A stretch of DNA of 63,942 nucleotides, filler included, from Octopus bimaculoides (Eukaryota): the NCBI RefSeq assembly GCF_001194135.2. It is 5 parts of 5 records of this genome, joined end to end, with 100 filler letters (N's around TTAATTAATTAA, not from the genome) between each part and the next. Parts side by side here need not be neighbours in the genome. Positions count along the whole stretch, not along the records: positions 13,976 to 19,103 come from NC_068986.1; positions 19,204 to 50,874 come from NC_069007.1; 3 more parts are not named here. One strand, written 5' to 3'. The notes beneath the pieces were generated by a model. It worked only from the letters and a program-made list of their open reading frames with translations. It searched no databases and was not told the DNA's origin. Positions 14,520 through 26,540 of the stretch are shown here, one piece after another (position 1 is the first letter of the stretch; every line of letters begins with the position of its first letter). The position numbers and the translations under genes were made by a program.

Positions 14520-14890
14520 TGGTTTAGAAATTTTAATATCTTTTATCTTCTATGAATGCAACCGGAAAACTATTCAGTGTTTATTGAGTAGAGAAACTTT
14601 AGGAAATATGGTTAGAACTTGTATATGATTTAGCAACGCATATTAATTTCGATTTGATATCAACGCTAATATTATTATTCTTAAAATACCAATTAAACTT
14701 TGACAAGGTTTTGTAATTGTTTCTAAATTTGCTCTGGAATGAAGGAAAATGTTGGGCATAGCGATATTTGAATGAGTTCGATGACAATCCGGTATAAGAT
14801 TTCAAAACACTATCAATCTTCATAGTAGTCCAGTAAATAATACCTTTAATAGTAGTATATCGAAGTTCCAGATGGTAGTCATTCAAGTGA
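14520..14890 (-). mobile_element. Penelope-like element remnant (GIY-YIG endonuclease)
   Basis: IIY...YTGLSSNSFKYRYAQH..SF......LSKF.W..K...I..K.I..AKSY followed by LLNK, the pattern of Penelope-like endonuclease C-termini. Confidence 0.72.
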
Positions 14891-15063
14891 GTACAATTAC
14901 AAGATATAGACTACCAGGCAGTTGCGGATTTAAAGAATTTAAGTCTGTTTAATTTTAGACAATGATTGTCCAAATTTTGGAGTGGTAGAACACAAGACTC
15001 ACTACAGCAGCAGCAGTAGCAGTAGCAACAAAAATAACAACAACAGCAGCAACAACAACAACA

Positions 15064-15101
<38 letters not shown>

Positions 15102-16058
15102 AACCCTCCACTAGAAACACCGTTCTCTGGACGAATTTCTGTTCATTACGTAAAACATGTATTATTAAGTCGTTATCTCGTCTTTTAGTATGTCAAGAAT
15201 TGCATTGACAATATGTACTCTTTTAATGTAAGTTCGCGTAGTTGGGGCCCATTCTCGTCCCCATGGCCACTCCCAAGAGCTGCTGGTAGTTATCCCCCGC
15301 GAACGAGAAGCAGTATGTATATATGTANNNNNNNNNNNNNNNNNNNNNNNNNNNNNNNNNNNNNNNNNNNNNNNNNNNNNNNNNNNNNNNNNNNNNNNNN
15401 NNNNNNNNNNNNNNNNNNNNNNNNNNNNNNNNNNNNNNNNNNNNNNNNNNNNNNNNNNNNNNNNNNNNNNNNNNNNNNNNNNNNNNNNNNNNNNNNNNNN
15501 NNNNNNNNNNNNNGGGTGAACGAACAAGCAGATTATTATATAGATAATGGCTTGCACTTTACCATAAGCTGGATGAAAACGTTTATTACATACACAAAAT
15601 ACTATAATCATTCCGGGTCTATTATAAAAATTCTTGTTAGAAATGTTTAACTCAGAATATCTTAATTGTCAGCATATATTTATACCCATAAACAAGGAAA
15701 CCGTACCGTATAGATAATCCCTTCCTAAATATTAGATAACAATACTAATAAATTGTACGATTCTACATTTCAATCCTTTATATTTTGAGTTCAAATCCTG
15801 TGCAGAATATATTTCAGTTTTGTATTGGAGTAAATTCAATCAAATATATCACTTCTTTACAATTATTTGACAATGGTGTTCATTATAACAGATATTGTTA
15901 TCCGTGTACTTAGACACGCTTATATACAGATTGCATCATTCATCCTAGTACAGACGTCCATTAATCTGTAAACGGATGGAAGGCGAAGTATTTATTGGTA
16001 ATCTAATATATACAAAATTTTACTCTGATTTTCTAATATTTACAAGATATATTTACAG

Positions 16059-16196
16059 ATACCATCATGAAGAAAACCAAACCACAAAGAGAAACCTGGG
16101 CTAAATGGTCGGAATTTTTCTTCTCGATTGTCGGCTTAGTGGTTGGTCTATCAAATATTTGGCGTTTTCCATACCTCTGTTACATTAATGGTGGTG
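16059..16196 (+). CDS. SLC6 (sodium:neurotransmitter symporter family) exon encoding N-terminus and TM1; isolated exon
   Basis: tttacag| acceptor; ATG at 16067 gives [43 protein letters not shown](G), matching the family signature RETW...[18 protein letters not shown]; phase-1 donor G|GTAAGT inside NGGG, the usual SLC6 intron position. Subfamily not assignable from one exon. Confidence 0.93.
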
Positions 16197-16868
16197 GTAA
16201 GTAACTCGTTTTTATTTATCCCAGTTTCATCAGTTATATGTGGTCTTGCTTAAAAGCTGTCAAACCACTTGATCTCAAGTTTATTCCCTTGTAAGCCCGG
16301 TTTCAGCAGACCTATGAGCAAAGGTCTTTCAGTGGTGAAAGCTTGCCGTTTTTTTGTGGAGTGTGCATCCATGACCAATATTGCATATTCCTCTTTTTAG
16401 ACAGTAAGGTGTTATTTGAGGAAGACGTGCCGGCTTTTTCAATAAGTTGAGTGACCGCATAGAAATTCTTTAGATTTTGTCTAAATATTGATTTAGCAAA
16501 ATGCAACTTTTTTTTACTTGAGAGAAAATCAATTGATATTTATTAAATTTGGGTCACTGGTTACGAAAGTTACATCCACTTATTAAGATTAGCAAAAGTC
16601 TTTTAGTTTCAGAGTTATACTCTTTTTCAATTCTTCAATAAGATTATGGTACAACAGAGTGCATTGACTGCATCATCTACCACAAGTACTGCATCAACAA
16701 ACAACAAAAACATCGCACCAATAAAAAATAATATGACAATACAAGACTATTGATAGCTCTGTCACATAAGGAGAGTGTGATGCAAGTTATTGCATCATTC
16801 GCATTTAAATCAATTGTAAAATATCTCTTTTGAGATATTTTACAACATTATCTGTTATCTGTTTTAAA

Positions 16869-16970
16869 ATGCCTCGTAATTGCATAAATAATCCAGATAA
16901 TTTTTGCTTTATTTGTGGTAATTTACTACCATATCCGAAATTTAAAATAAATGCAAGCCAAGCAGAATAA
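16869..16970 (+). mobile_element. Probable DNA-transposon N-terminal remnant
   Basis: MPRNCINNPDNFCFICG matches a CxNxPDxFC(Y/F)ICG start I recall from widespread animal transposon proteins; stop after 33 codons; superfamily not assigned. Confidence 0.45.
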
Positions 16971-18337
16971 ATACAAGCCGTGACTATCATCTCAAGGATG
17001 ATCACAATATAGTTATTAAAGAAGTTGACAAAGGCAGTGATGCAGTCAACATGGACTCAGAACAATGCATAAACGCTACTCTAGCTCTCCTTCAAATCAA
17101 TACCGGTTATAAAAAATTAACAATTACAATCAATCCAAAATAATGACAAAGATCACTACCCTTATCCAGCAGTACCAAATTTTAAAGGAAAATGGGAGGG
17201 GTTATTTAACAAGATCTGACTGCAAAACCAGCAACTTTCACGAATTCTCTGTCAATATACCGGAAACACTTCAGCCTAATTCCCATTAAATGAGGAAAAT
17301 ATTTTTATTAAAAAATATATAAAACTGAATACCCTATACTAACCTACCAGAATGAGAAAACTCAATGTATTTACGAAAAACGACCAGAGTCAGCAAATAA
17401 GAAACAAAAGTTTAAGTAACAAGCTTCCTCTAAACTATTGTACAACTCTAAATTTTTGTACAATGACACCTTACATGTCAAACACCAGTTGCTGATGTCA
17501 CTCAAGAAAAAGCAATTAAACATTGAGCTGACCGAGCTTGTAACTTCTTAAAGAAATCAACCAACCGGATTGCTGGACGACAATCAAACAAAAACAGGTT
17601 GCAAAGTCCTTTGAAAACAACCAAATGATATAAGCAGGAAATCAACCAACCAGAGCACTGAATCTCTACTGCTCAACAAGGATTTAAAATGTTCAACAAA
17701 CAAATAACGTAATCAGGAAGTCAAGCAACCAGAATGTTGGACAAAAATATTTGACCAAAACATTGATGAAGCCAAGAGACATATTAAGACGGCCAGCCTA
17801 ACGAAGAAAAGTGACATCATTAAATTTACAACCAATCAGAACTTGATCCTTTACTGTATATATGTATGTATATATATATATATNNNNNNNNNNNNNNNNN
17901 NNNNNNNNNNNNNNNNNNNNNNNNNNNNNNNNNNNNNNNNNNNNNNNNNNNNNNNNNNNNNNNNNNNNNNNNNNNNNNNNNNNNNNNNNNNNNNNNNNNN
18001 NNNNNNNNNNNNNNNNNNNNNNNNNNNNNNNNNNNNNNNNNNNNNNNNNNNNNNNNNNNNNNNNNNNNNNNNNNNNNNNNNNNNNNNNNNNNNNNNNNNN
18101 NNNNNNNNNNNNNNNNNNNNNNNNNNNNNNNNNNNNNNNNNNNNNNNNNNNNNNNNNNNNNNNNNNNNNNNNNNNNNNNNNNNNNNNNNNNNNNNNNNNN
18201 NNNNNNNNNNNNNNNNNNNNNNNNNNNNNNNNNNNNNNNNNNNNNNNNNNNNNNNNNNNNNNNNNNNNNNNNNNNNNNNNNNNNNNNNNNNNNNNNNNNN
18301 NNNNNNNNNNNNNNNNNNNNNNNNNNNNNNNNNNNNA

Positions 18338-18430
18338 TCAAAACAATGATATAATTTGTCTATTTGGAACTTATTGCAAAGCTGCTTGATAAACAACATT
18401 TTTGGCCTTCCCATTCGGCGTCAGTACAAA
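18338..18430 (-). mobile_element. Possible Penelope-like fragment
   Basis: GKAKNVVYQAAL, similar to the motif near 4370; short and next to a gap. Confidence 0.35.
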
Positions 18431-18762
18431 TAGCTTGGGAATAAAAAATTTCAGGATTGCGAGTCCGGATTCGGCCCGGAATGTTTTTAATTTACTCATC
18501 GAGTCGGCTTTTAGATTATAAAAATTGTTATCGTACAAAACACTTCGTCGCAAAAAATCACGTAAAAAAATCGCCAGAAACAATCACAGTAATGAAAAAT
18601 TGGGAATCCCAAATTTCAGGATTGCGAGTCCGGATTCGGCCTGGAATGCTTTTTAATTTACTAATGAAGTTGGCCTGATTCCAAAATGGTATGATATGTT
18701 GGGCTACGGCCTCTAGGAGTAAGGTTGAAAATTTGTGTCACACTGGCACACTAACATTCGTA

Positions 18763-19103
18763 TTTATTATTATTATTCAGTAGTTTTATTTTTATAACGT
18801 GCTTTCACTTCACTACCGAGCGCAGCTCTGTGCGCCTTGGGTATGTGCTGTGGTTTGCTGTGGTGCTCTTATGTTTACTGTATTGAAAGTGTTTTGCGTA
18901 GAATGTGTGCAGTACCCAGTAGTGCAATTTTCTGTATGTTATATATATTTGTAAGTCCTGGTGTTTTTGTTATGTATTTGTCTGAATATTTTTTTATTAT
19001 ACCTAAGGCACCTACTATGATAGGAATTGTTTCTGTTTTTAGATTCCACATTCGAGTTATCTCTATTTCCAGGTCTTTGTATTTTGAAAGTTTTTCCATT
19101 TCT
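18763..19103 (-). mobile_element. 3' end of an RLE-type non-LTR retrotransposon (R4/Dong-like)
   Basis: EKLSKYKDLEIEITRMWNLKTETIPIIVGALG...QKIALLGTAHILRKTL* C-terminus, short 3' UTR, ends in (TAA)n; cut by the spacer. Clade from recalled motif. Confidence 0.75.
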
Positions 19104-19203
19104 NNNNNNNNNNNNNNNNNNNNNNNNNNNNNNNNNNNNNNNNNNNNTTAATTAATTAANNNNNNNNNNNNNNNNNNNNNNNNNNNNNNNNNNNNNNNNN
19201 NNN
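19104..19203. other. Artificial scaffold spacer
   Basis: 44 N + TTAATTAATTAA (19148-19159) + 44 N. Confidence 0.92.
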
Positions 19204-19226
19204 ATATATATATATATATATATATA

Positions 19227-19392
19227 TACGACAGGCTTCTTTCAGTTTCCGTCTACCAAATCTACTCACAAGGCTTTGGTCTGCCCGAGGCTATAGTAGA
19301 AGACACTTGCCCAAAGTGCCATGCAGTGGGACTGAACCCAGAACCATGTGGTTGGTGAGCAAGCTACTTACCACACAGCCACTCCCGCGCCT
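19227..19392 (-). mobile_element. tRNA-derived SINE family C (about 165 bp); others at 9430-9590 (+), 19925-20052 (-), 24757-24870 (+), 28245-28420 (-), 33970-34130 (-), 36145-36275 (+), 44125-44280 (-), 46420-46575 (-), 51018-51180 (-)
   Basis: Consensus GGCTGTGTGGTAAG...GGTTCAGTCCCACTGC...CCTTGGGCAAGTGTCTTCTACTATAGCC...GACGGAAACTGAAAGAAGCC, usually ending in (TA)n/(TG)n. Confidence 0.88.
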
Positions 19393-20063
19393 ATATATAT
19401 ATATAGAATCATCCTCATCATTTTACCATGTACTTTTCGATGCTCTTGTGTGTGTCAGATGGAATTTCTTGAAGCACGTTTCTTTCTTACAGCCGGATGC
19501 TCTTCCTCTCACCCACCTTTATTTGTTTCCAATGAAGATCCTCTTTCACTTTGGCCGGACATTGTTTACATGAATCATCCAAAATAAACAAACAGTATCA
19601 TTTGACATCACTTGTCCTTGTGGCTCTTGTGTGAAGTTAGAGGGACACAAGTGCTTACATGCACATCATCATCATCATCATCACCAGTTACTGTCCACCT
19701 CTCCATCTTTGCATGGCCCAGATGGAGTTTTTTTCTATGGCTGGATATCCCTATTATTGCCGACCTCCAGCTGTTTCTGATCCAGGAAATATTTTCCCAT
19801 GGCCAGACATGTTTTTCACAGAAGACTGGGAACAAACAGTTTTGTTTGTTTAGTACCCTGACACATGTTGAAACAATTGTATACACACACAAACATGCAC
19901 ACACACACGCACGCACACACACACCTGTAGGGAGCTTCTTTACAGTTTCCGTCTACCAAATTCACTCACAAAGCTTTGATTGACCTGGGGGCCGCAGAAA
20001 AATACACACACGCCCAAAGTGCTATGTAGAGGGACTGAACCCAGAACCATGTGTGTGCATGTG

Positions 20064-20098
<35 letters not shown>

Positions 20099-20276
20099 CA
20101 AGAAATTTCTACACTGGTTTTCAGTATTCAACCTTCACAAGAACACTGTGTGTGTGTGTGTGCTTATGTGTGTGTTACTCTGCTCTGACCTTCCTTACAA
20201 TTCCTTCTTTCTCTCTCTCTCTTTCTTTCTCCNNNNNNNNNNNNNNNNNNNNNNNNNNNNNNNNNNNNNNNNNNNN

Positions 20277-20307
<31 letters not shown>

Positions 20308-21182
20308 ATCTCTGTCTATTTAACTAATAAAAGTCTGTTCTCTTTCTGTTATATTTAGCTTTTATTCACCCACCGTCACCACCACCCCACCGTCATCTTA
20401 CCAACTACTATCATTGTTTATTCTCTAAACCCATGTCTGCCCGCCCCGCCCGTCTATCTGTCTCCTCCTCACCCCCCACCCCACCTCGGTCATCTGTTAT
20501 CTTGTCATATATCTTTGTTGCATATTTACATGAAGAAATAAAATGAAGGCACACAATAACACACCCTGCTAAAAAGTCATTTCCATGCAAATTAATGGTG
20601 TTAATACTTGCTTTGTTTCTGCATTATATTTGGTACTACAGAATCTATCTAGATTTTACCTAACACTATATAATCATCATCATCATCATCTACATTATTC
20701 AACCCTTTAGCATTCAAGATTACTCTGGCTTGTTTTGAATTAATCATATATTATCTTGTAGCTTTGAGATTTCGATGATGTGATTGTTTATTTTTTTTAG
20801 ACTTTCTAGGGTAGGTGTGGGAGTCTGGATTTGGCTGATTCGGGTATAAAATCATGGTCCTGGGTAAATGGTTAACAAACAGTTATCACCGCTCAGAAGA
20901 ATGGTTAACCTTCTTGGGACACCCAGGCTGATTGATTGGCCCAAGTGATACAAGCTGAAAGAACTTCAAGGCCAATCCATCGGCCTGATGGAATAAATGT
21001 TGTGAATGGTTGAAGTGTAACAGCCAATCAGAGATCGTCTTTCAGTTGATCTATGTCAGTATAAAAAAAATTTGGTCTTTTTGGCTGCACATACCAAAAC
21101 ACCATGTCACAAAAGGGTTAATAATTGGTTGTTATTGATGTCAAGAATGATTAACATTTGTTACTGTTGTACAAAATGGTTT

Positions 21183-21568
21183 GTGGAGGCGCAATGGCCC
21201 AGTGGTTAGGGCAGCGAACTCGCGGTCATAGGCTCGCGGTTTCGATTCCCAGACCGAGCGTTGTGAGTGTTTATTGAGTGAAAACACCTAAAGCTCCACG
21301 AGGCTCCGGCAGGGGATGGTGGCGAACCCTGCTGTACTCTTCCACCACAACTTTCTCTCACTCTTACTTCCTGTTTCTGTTGTGCCTGTAATTCAAAGGG
21401 TCAGCCTTGTCACATTGTGTCACGCTGAATATCCCCGAGAACTACGTTAAGGGTACATGTGTCTGTGGAGTGCTCAGCCACTTGCACGTTAATTTCACGA
21501 GCAGGCTGTTCCGTTGATCGGATCAACTGGAACCCTCAACGTCGTAAGCGACGGAGTGCCAACAACAA
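21183..21568 (+). mobile_element. tRNA-derived SINE, family A (about 390 bp), full length
   Basis: A box TGGCCCAGTGG, B-box-like GGTTTCGATTCC, conserved body, (CAA)n tail; near-identical copies elsewhere in the window. Confidence 0.9.
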
Positions 21569-22500
21569 AACAAAATGGTTTACAAACTGTTGTTATTACT
21601 CTGTAGAAAGGTATCAGAAGATGATATCCTAAAATATTTTAATTACTGATTAAAGGAGTGTTTCAATTTTTAGTCAGGTATTTTTGACTGCTGTGGGATA
21701 TTTTCTGTTTAAAACAACCTTACTTCCGTTAAATGATTCTTGATTCCAATGTAAAAGATACATAGGCAGAGGAAGTGGCGAGACAGGAATTTAAAAGTCT
21801 TGTGTTCACTAATCAAAACATTCTTAATTTTGTAACCTAAAGATGTTTGAAGAATTTGAAAATATCGACTATCTCCAAATCATTATAGCAAACAGATGCT
21901 TCCAACATCCTCTGCAAGGTAGGAATCAGCATGCCATAGCTGATGATACATAGAAATATTATACTGAGGTTGTTCTACCTGCAGACATTCCAAGACGGTG
22001 AGGTTTCTGTTAGTAAAGCATATCTCTTTGCTGGAACTTTTGTCTTGGGTCAAGGAAAGACCAACACTGGATACCTGACATCAGGATTGCTGTTAGATGA
22101 TGACCACCCTCTACTAGTCAGGAAAAGCAGTTGGCAGGAGTCCCACATTTAACAATATATAGCGGACTAAGGGTTGAAGAAGGGTGATGACATTTTCTGG
22201 GAAACTTTGGGTGTTGATGTGGACAAGCTGTCTGATGTCTTCCCAGGTTCAGGATTAACTACTATAAAAACTAAATACCTAAGTAACAATCTGGAGAAGA
22301 ATTTTCAGACAAATCAACCAGCTAATTCTGTAAATGGAACAGTTAAAATATGCAAGACTTTTCATAAGTTTGCAATGTGACCTTGTCTTTGTTAGAAACC
22401 AGCTCCTTTCTTACAGAAAGGATTTAAGTAATTAAAACCAGAAGAGAACACACACACACACACACACACAGACCCTAATCTCTTCCATTTTGTTTTCCAG

Positions 22501-22622
22501 ATTTTTGGTTGGTGCCCCTCAAGCCAATGATTCTAACTATAAAAAAGTAGAGCAGCCTGGTCAATTACAGAAATGTCGTTTTTCTGTGGAAGAAAGTTGT
22601 GAACAGTTAAATATTAGCCTAA
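22501..22622 (+). CDS. Integrin alpha exon: beta-propeller blade 1
   Basis: ttttccag| ...FLVGAPQANDSNYKKVEQPGQLQKCRFSVEESCEQLNISL |gtatga; enters phase 2, exits phase 1. Confidence 0.88.
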
Positions 22623-24722
22623 GTATGAAATATTTTTCTTTTACATTATTTACATTTGACAGATATTTGTTCTCATCTTGTTTGTTTGTTTGTTAAATAT
22701 TGTTAAGATTTTGGGTGTTAAACAGGAACTCGAAACATGACAGAAATCATAGATAAAGAACACTTCAACCATAAAACCTACTTCTCTCTCTCTCTCTCTC
22801 TCTCGGAAATGCCTATAATTACTTAATTATTCTTCATCCACTTGATTCATTCTTCTGGAATATTTTACACATCAAACACAGCACTGGCATGTCTCTAAAC
22901 ACAATGCTTTATTGTTTCACTAATTTTAACATTTTGGTTTGGATTACTGTCAAAAAAAAAAAAATAACAAATAGCATCAAAAATAAATAAATAAAATATG
23001 GACTGACTGGAATATTTCAACTTGTTTTTTCTTTTCAGACTGAATACCTCTATTGTGTTGGGTTCTGTCGGTTTTGAACAGTTCTACTTGTCTGTGATTC
23101 TAATGACTTTAGGAATACACATTAATGTTTAATCAGTAAATGAAAAGCTGTAAATCCTTCGTGGCACTCTGTCGGTTACGACGACGAGGGTTCCAGTTGA
23201 TCCGATCAACGGAACAGCCTGCTCGTGAAATTAACGTGCAAGTGGCTGAGCACTCCACAGACACGTGTACCCTTAACGTAGTTCTCAGGGAGATTCAGCG
23301 TAACACTGACTGTATGTAATAAGGCTGGCCCCTTTGAAACACAGGTACAACAGAAACAGGAAGAAAGAGCGAGAGAAAGTTGTGGTGAAATAGTACAGCA
23401 GGGTTCACCACTATCCCCTGCCGGAGCCTCGTGGGGCTTTAGGTGTTTTCGCTCAATAAACACTCACAACGCCTGGTCTGGGAATCGAAACTGTGATCCT
23501 ATGACCGCGAGTCCGCTGCCCTAACCACTGAGCCATTATGCCTCCACCATAAATATTTAATGTATTCATGAATGGGCATAAATCTTTAATGGGTGAGTGA
23601 ATATAGGTTGCAGGTGTGGTTGGGCAGTAAGAAGTTTTCTTGCAAACCACATGGTTCTAGGTTCAGTCTCACTGTGTGGCACATTGGGGCAAGTGTCTCC
23701 TTCCGTAACTCTGAGCTGAAACAAGCCTGCCATAGGTATGTGTATGCGTGTCTTCTTTTAGTTACTCGAAATTAAAAAGAGAAAGAAAAGACATGCATAG
23801 AAGTGAAGGTGCATGGTTTAGTGGTTAGGGCACTCAGTTCATGATTGTAAGGTCATGGGTTCAATTCCTGGCAACATGTTTTGTCCTTGAGCAAGACACT
23901 TTATTTCATGTTGCTCCAGTCCACCCAGCTGGCAAAAATGAGTAGTACCTGTACTTTAGAGAGCCAGGCTGTTCTGTTGATCAGATCAACTGGAACCCCT
24001 GTCGACGTAATCGACAGTGCCAGCTACCCCACCACTGCTGATAACTGCTGTTGGTTTGTTTATGTCCCCATTGCTTGGAGGTTCAGCAAAAGAGACGAAT
24101 TGTAAAAGTATAACCAATTTAGTGCACATAAACTTTAACAAGAAAATTTTACGTGGGCCCCCAGGGTCATTACGGCCCCCTCCCCAAGGTCATATGAACG
24201 CCCCCCCCCCCCNNNNNNNNNNNNNNNNNNNNNNNNNNNNNNNNNNNNNNNNNNNNNNNNNNNNNNNNNNNNNNNNNNNNNNNNNNNNNNNNNNNNNNNN
24301 NNNNNNNNNNNNNNNNNNNNNNNNNNNNNNNNNNNNNNNNNNNNNNNNNNNNNNNNNNNNNNNNNNAAGGGTCATATGGACCTCCCCCAAGGATCATATG
24401 GTCCCTAATTGTGAACCACTGCTCCAGTTTCAACCCACCGACCTTAGTCACATAACTTGATAAACTACAATAAATCAAGGTGGATTTGTGACTCAACTTT
24501 CAATGGACCAAATCTGCTCACCGCACTCTCTGGTGGGCCTGAACCTATAGTAGAAGACACCCAACACAGTGAGACTGAACCAGGAATCATGTGGTTGGGA
24601 AACATACTTCTTACCACATAACCATTCCTGCACCTATGTATATATATGTGTATGTATGTATGTATGTATGTGTATATATATGTATATTTATGTATATGTA
24701 AATATATATATGTGAATGTATG

Positions 24723-24758
<36 letters not shown>

Positions 24759-26456
24759 CGTAGGAGTGGCTGTGTGGTAAGTAGCTTGCTTGCCAACCAC
24801 ATGGTCCCGGGTTCAGTCCCACTGCGTGGCATCTTGGGCAAGTGTCTTCTACTACAGCCTCGGGACGACCNNNNNNNNNNNNNNNNNNNNNNNNNNNNNN
24901 NNNNNNNNNNNNNNNNNNNNNNNNNNNNNNNNNNNNNNNNNNNNNNNNNNNNNNNNNNNNNNNNNNNNNNNNNNNNNNNNNNNNNNNNNNNNNNNNNNNN
25001 NNNNNNNNNNNNNNNNNNNNNNNNNNNNNNNNNNNNNNNNNNNNNNNNNNNNNNNNNNNNNNNNNNNNNNNNNNNNNNNNNNNNNNNNNNNNNNNNNNNN
25101 NNNNNNNNNNNNNNNNNNNNNNNNNNNNNNNNNNNNNNNNNNNNNNNNNNNNNNNNNNNNNNNNNNNNNNNNNNNNNNNNNNNNNNNNNNNNNNNNNNNN
25201 NNNNNNNNNNNNNNNNNNNNNNNNNNNNNNNNNNNNNNNNNNNNNNNNNNNNNNNNNNNNNNNNNNNNNNNNNNNNNNNNNNNNNNNNNNNNNNNNNNNN
25301 NNNNNNNNNNNNNNNNNNNNNNNNNNNNNNNNNNNNNNNNNNNNNNNNNNNNNNNNNNNNNNNNNNNNNNNNNNNNNNNNNNNNNNNNNNNNNNNNNNNN
25401 NNNNNNNNNNNNNNNNNNNNNNNNNNNNNNNNNNNNNNNNNNNNNNNNNNNNNNNNNNNNNNNNNNNNNNNNNNNNNNNNNNNNNNNNNNNNNNNNNNNN
25501 NNNNNNNNNNNNNNNNNNNNNNNNNNNNNNNNNNNNNNNNNNNNNNNNNNNNNNNNNNNNNNNNNNNNNNNNNNNNNNNNNNNNNNNNNNNNNNNNNNNN
25601 NATGTCATTGTAAGTTGGTTCATTCAAATATCTTATCCAAGCCTCCCCTTCATCCTTCTTCTTCTTCTTCTTCTTCTTCTTCGTTTAACGTCCGCTTTCC
25701 ATGCTAGCATGGGTTGGACGATTTGACTGAAGACTGGTGAAACCGGATGGCTACACCAGGCTCCAATCTGATCTCGCAGAGTTTCTACAGCTGGATGCCC
25801 TTCCTAACGCCAACCACTCCGAGAGTGTAGTGGGTGCTTTTAGGTGCCACCGGCACGAAGGCCAGTCAGGCGGTACTGGCAATGGCCACGCTTGAAATGG
25901 TGTATTTCATGTGCCATCTGCACAGGAGCCGGTCCAGCGGCACTAGCAACGTTCTCGCTCGAAAGTCTTTACATGTGCCACGGGCACAGGTGCCAGAAAG
26001 GCGACGCTGGGCACAGGTGCCATCACAATTTCGCTTTCTGTTTTTCATATTAGCTGCCTACTACTTGACGCTAATTTCCTACTCTTGAATCCTTTCGATC
26101 ATACTTAACTACGGATATATACACATATATCCTGGAAAAAGACAGGTGTAAGATGAATGACTGTACCCATCATAGCTAAGTTTCAAGGGTCGGCACCGTT
26201 TGACCACTTTTACTAAATATAACAGAATAGGTAGATCTTTTGATCGAATAACTGGATGGCTTTGTCTTCAAAACCAAAGTCAGAGGCCTGTCATTGATGG
26301 CACCAATGTGTCTGTGAGAAATAATGGCGAACACTTCAGTCCCTTCCACCACGACCACCTCACCCCATTCTCTACTGTATCAGACTGTTTGTTTATTGAT
26401 AGTGTTACATAGAGAGGGATTGGTGGAGATTAAACATACATTGTGAGTGTGTGCAT

Positions 26457-26540
<84 letters not shown>

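Noticed and set aside
14982-15100. Poly-Ser/Asn/Tyr protein
   Set aside because: Compound (CAG)/(CAA)/(CTA) microsatellite without splice context.
21183-21260. tRNA genes at SINE heads
   Set aside because: A/B boxes run into a shared repeat body without a tRNA 3' acceptor stem or poly-T terminator.
21680-22380. Further Penelope-like remnant on the minus strand
   Set aside because: Only vague, heavily frameshifted resemblance; not supportable without a search.
16059-22622. SLC6-integrin fusion gene, or integrin nested in an SLC6 intron
   Set aside because: The SLC6 exon exits in phase 1 while the integrin exon enters in phase 2, and an artificial spacer lies between them.
23039-23130. Next integrin exon after the strong acceptor ttttcttttcag
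   Set aside because: The required phase gives an immediate stop (AAC TGA); other frames lack integrin motifs and a donor.
26200-26412. ORF containing DRITGWL as the missing QWLG exon
   Set aside because: Wrong phase at the nearest AG and no real motif match.
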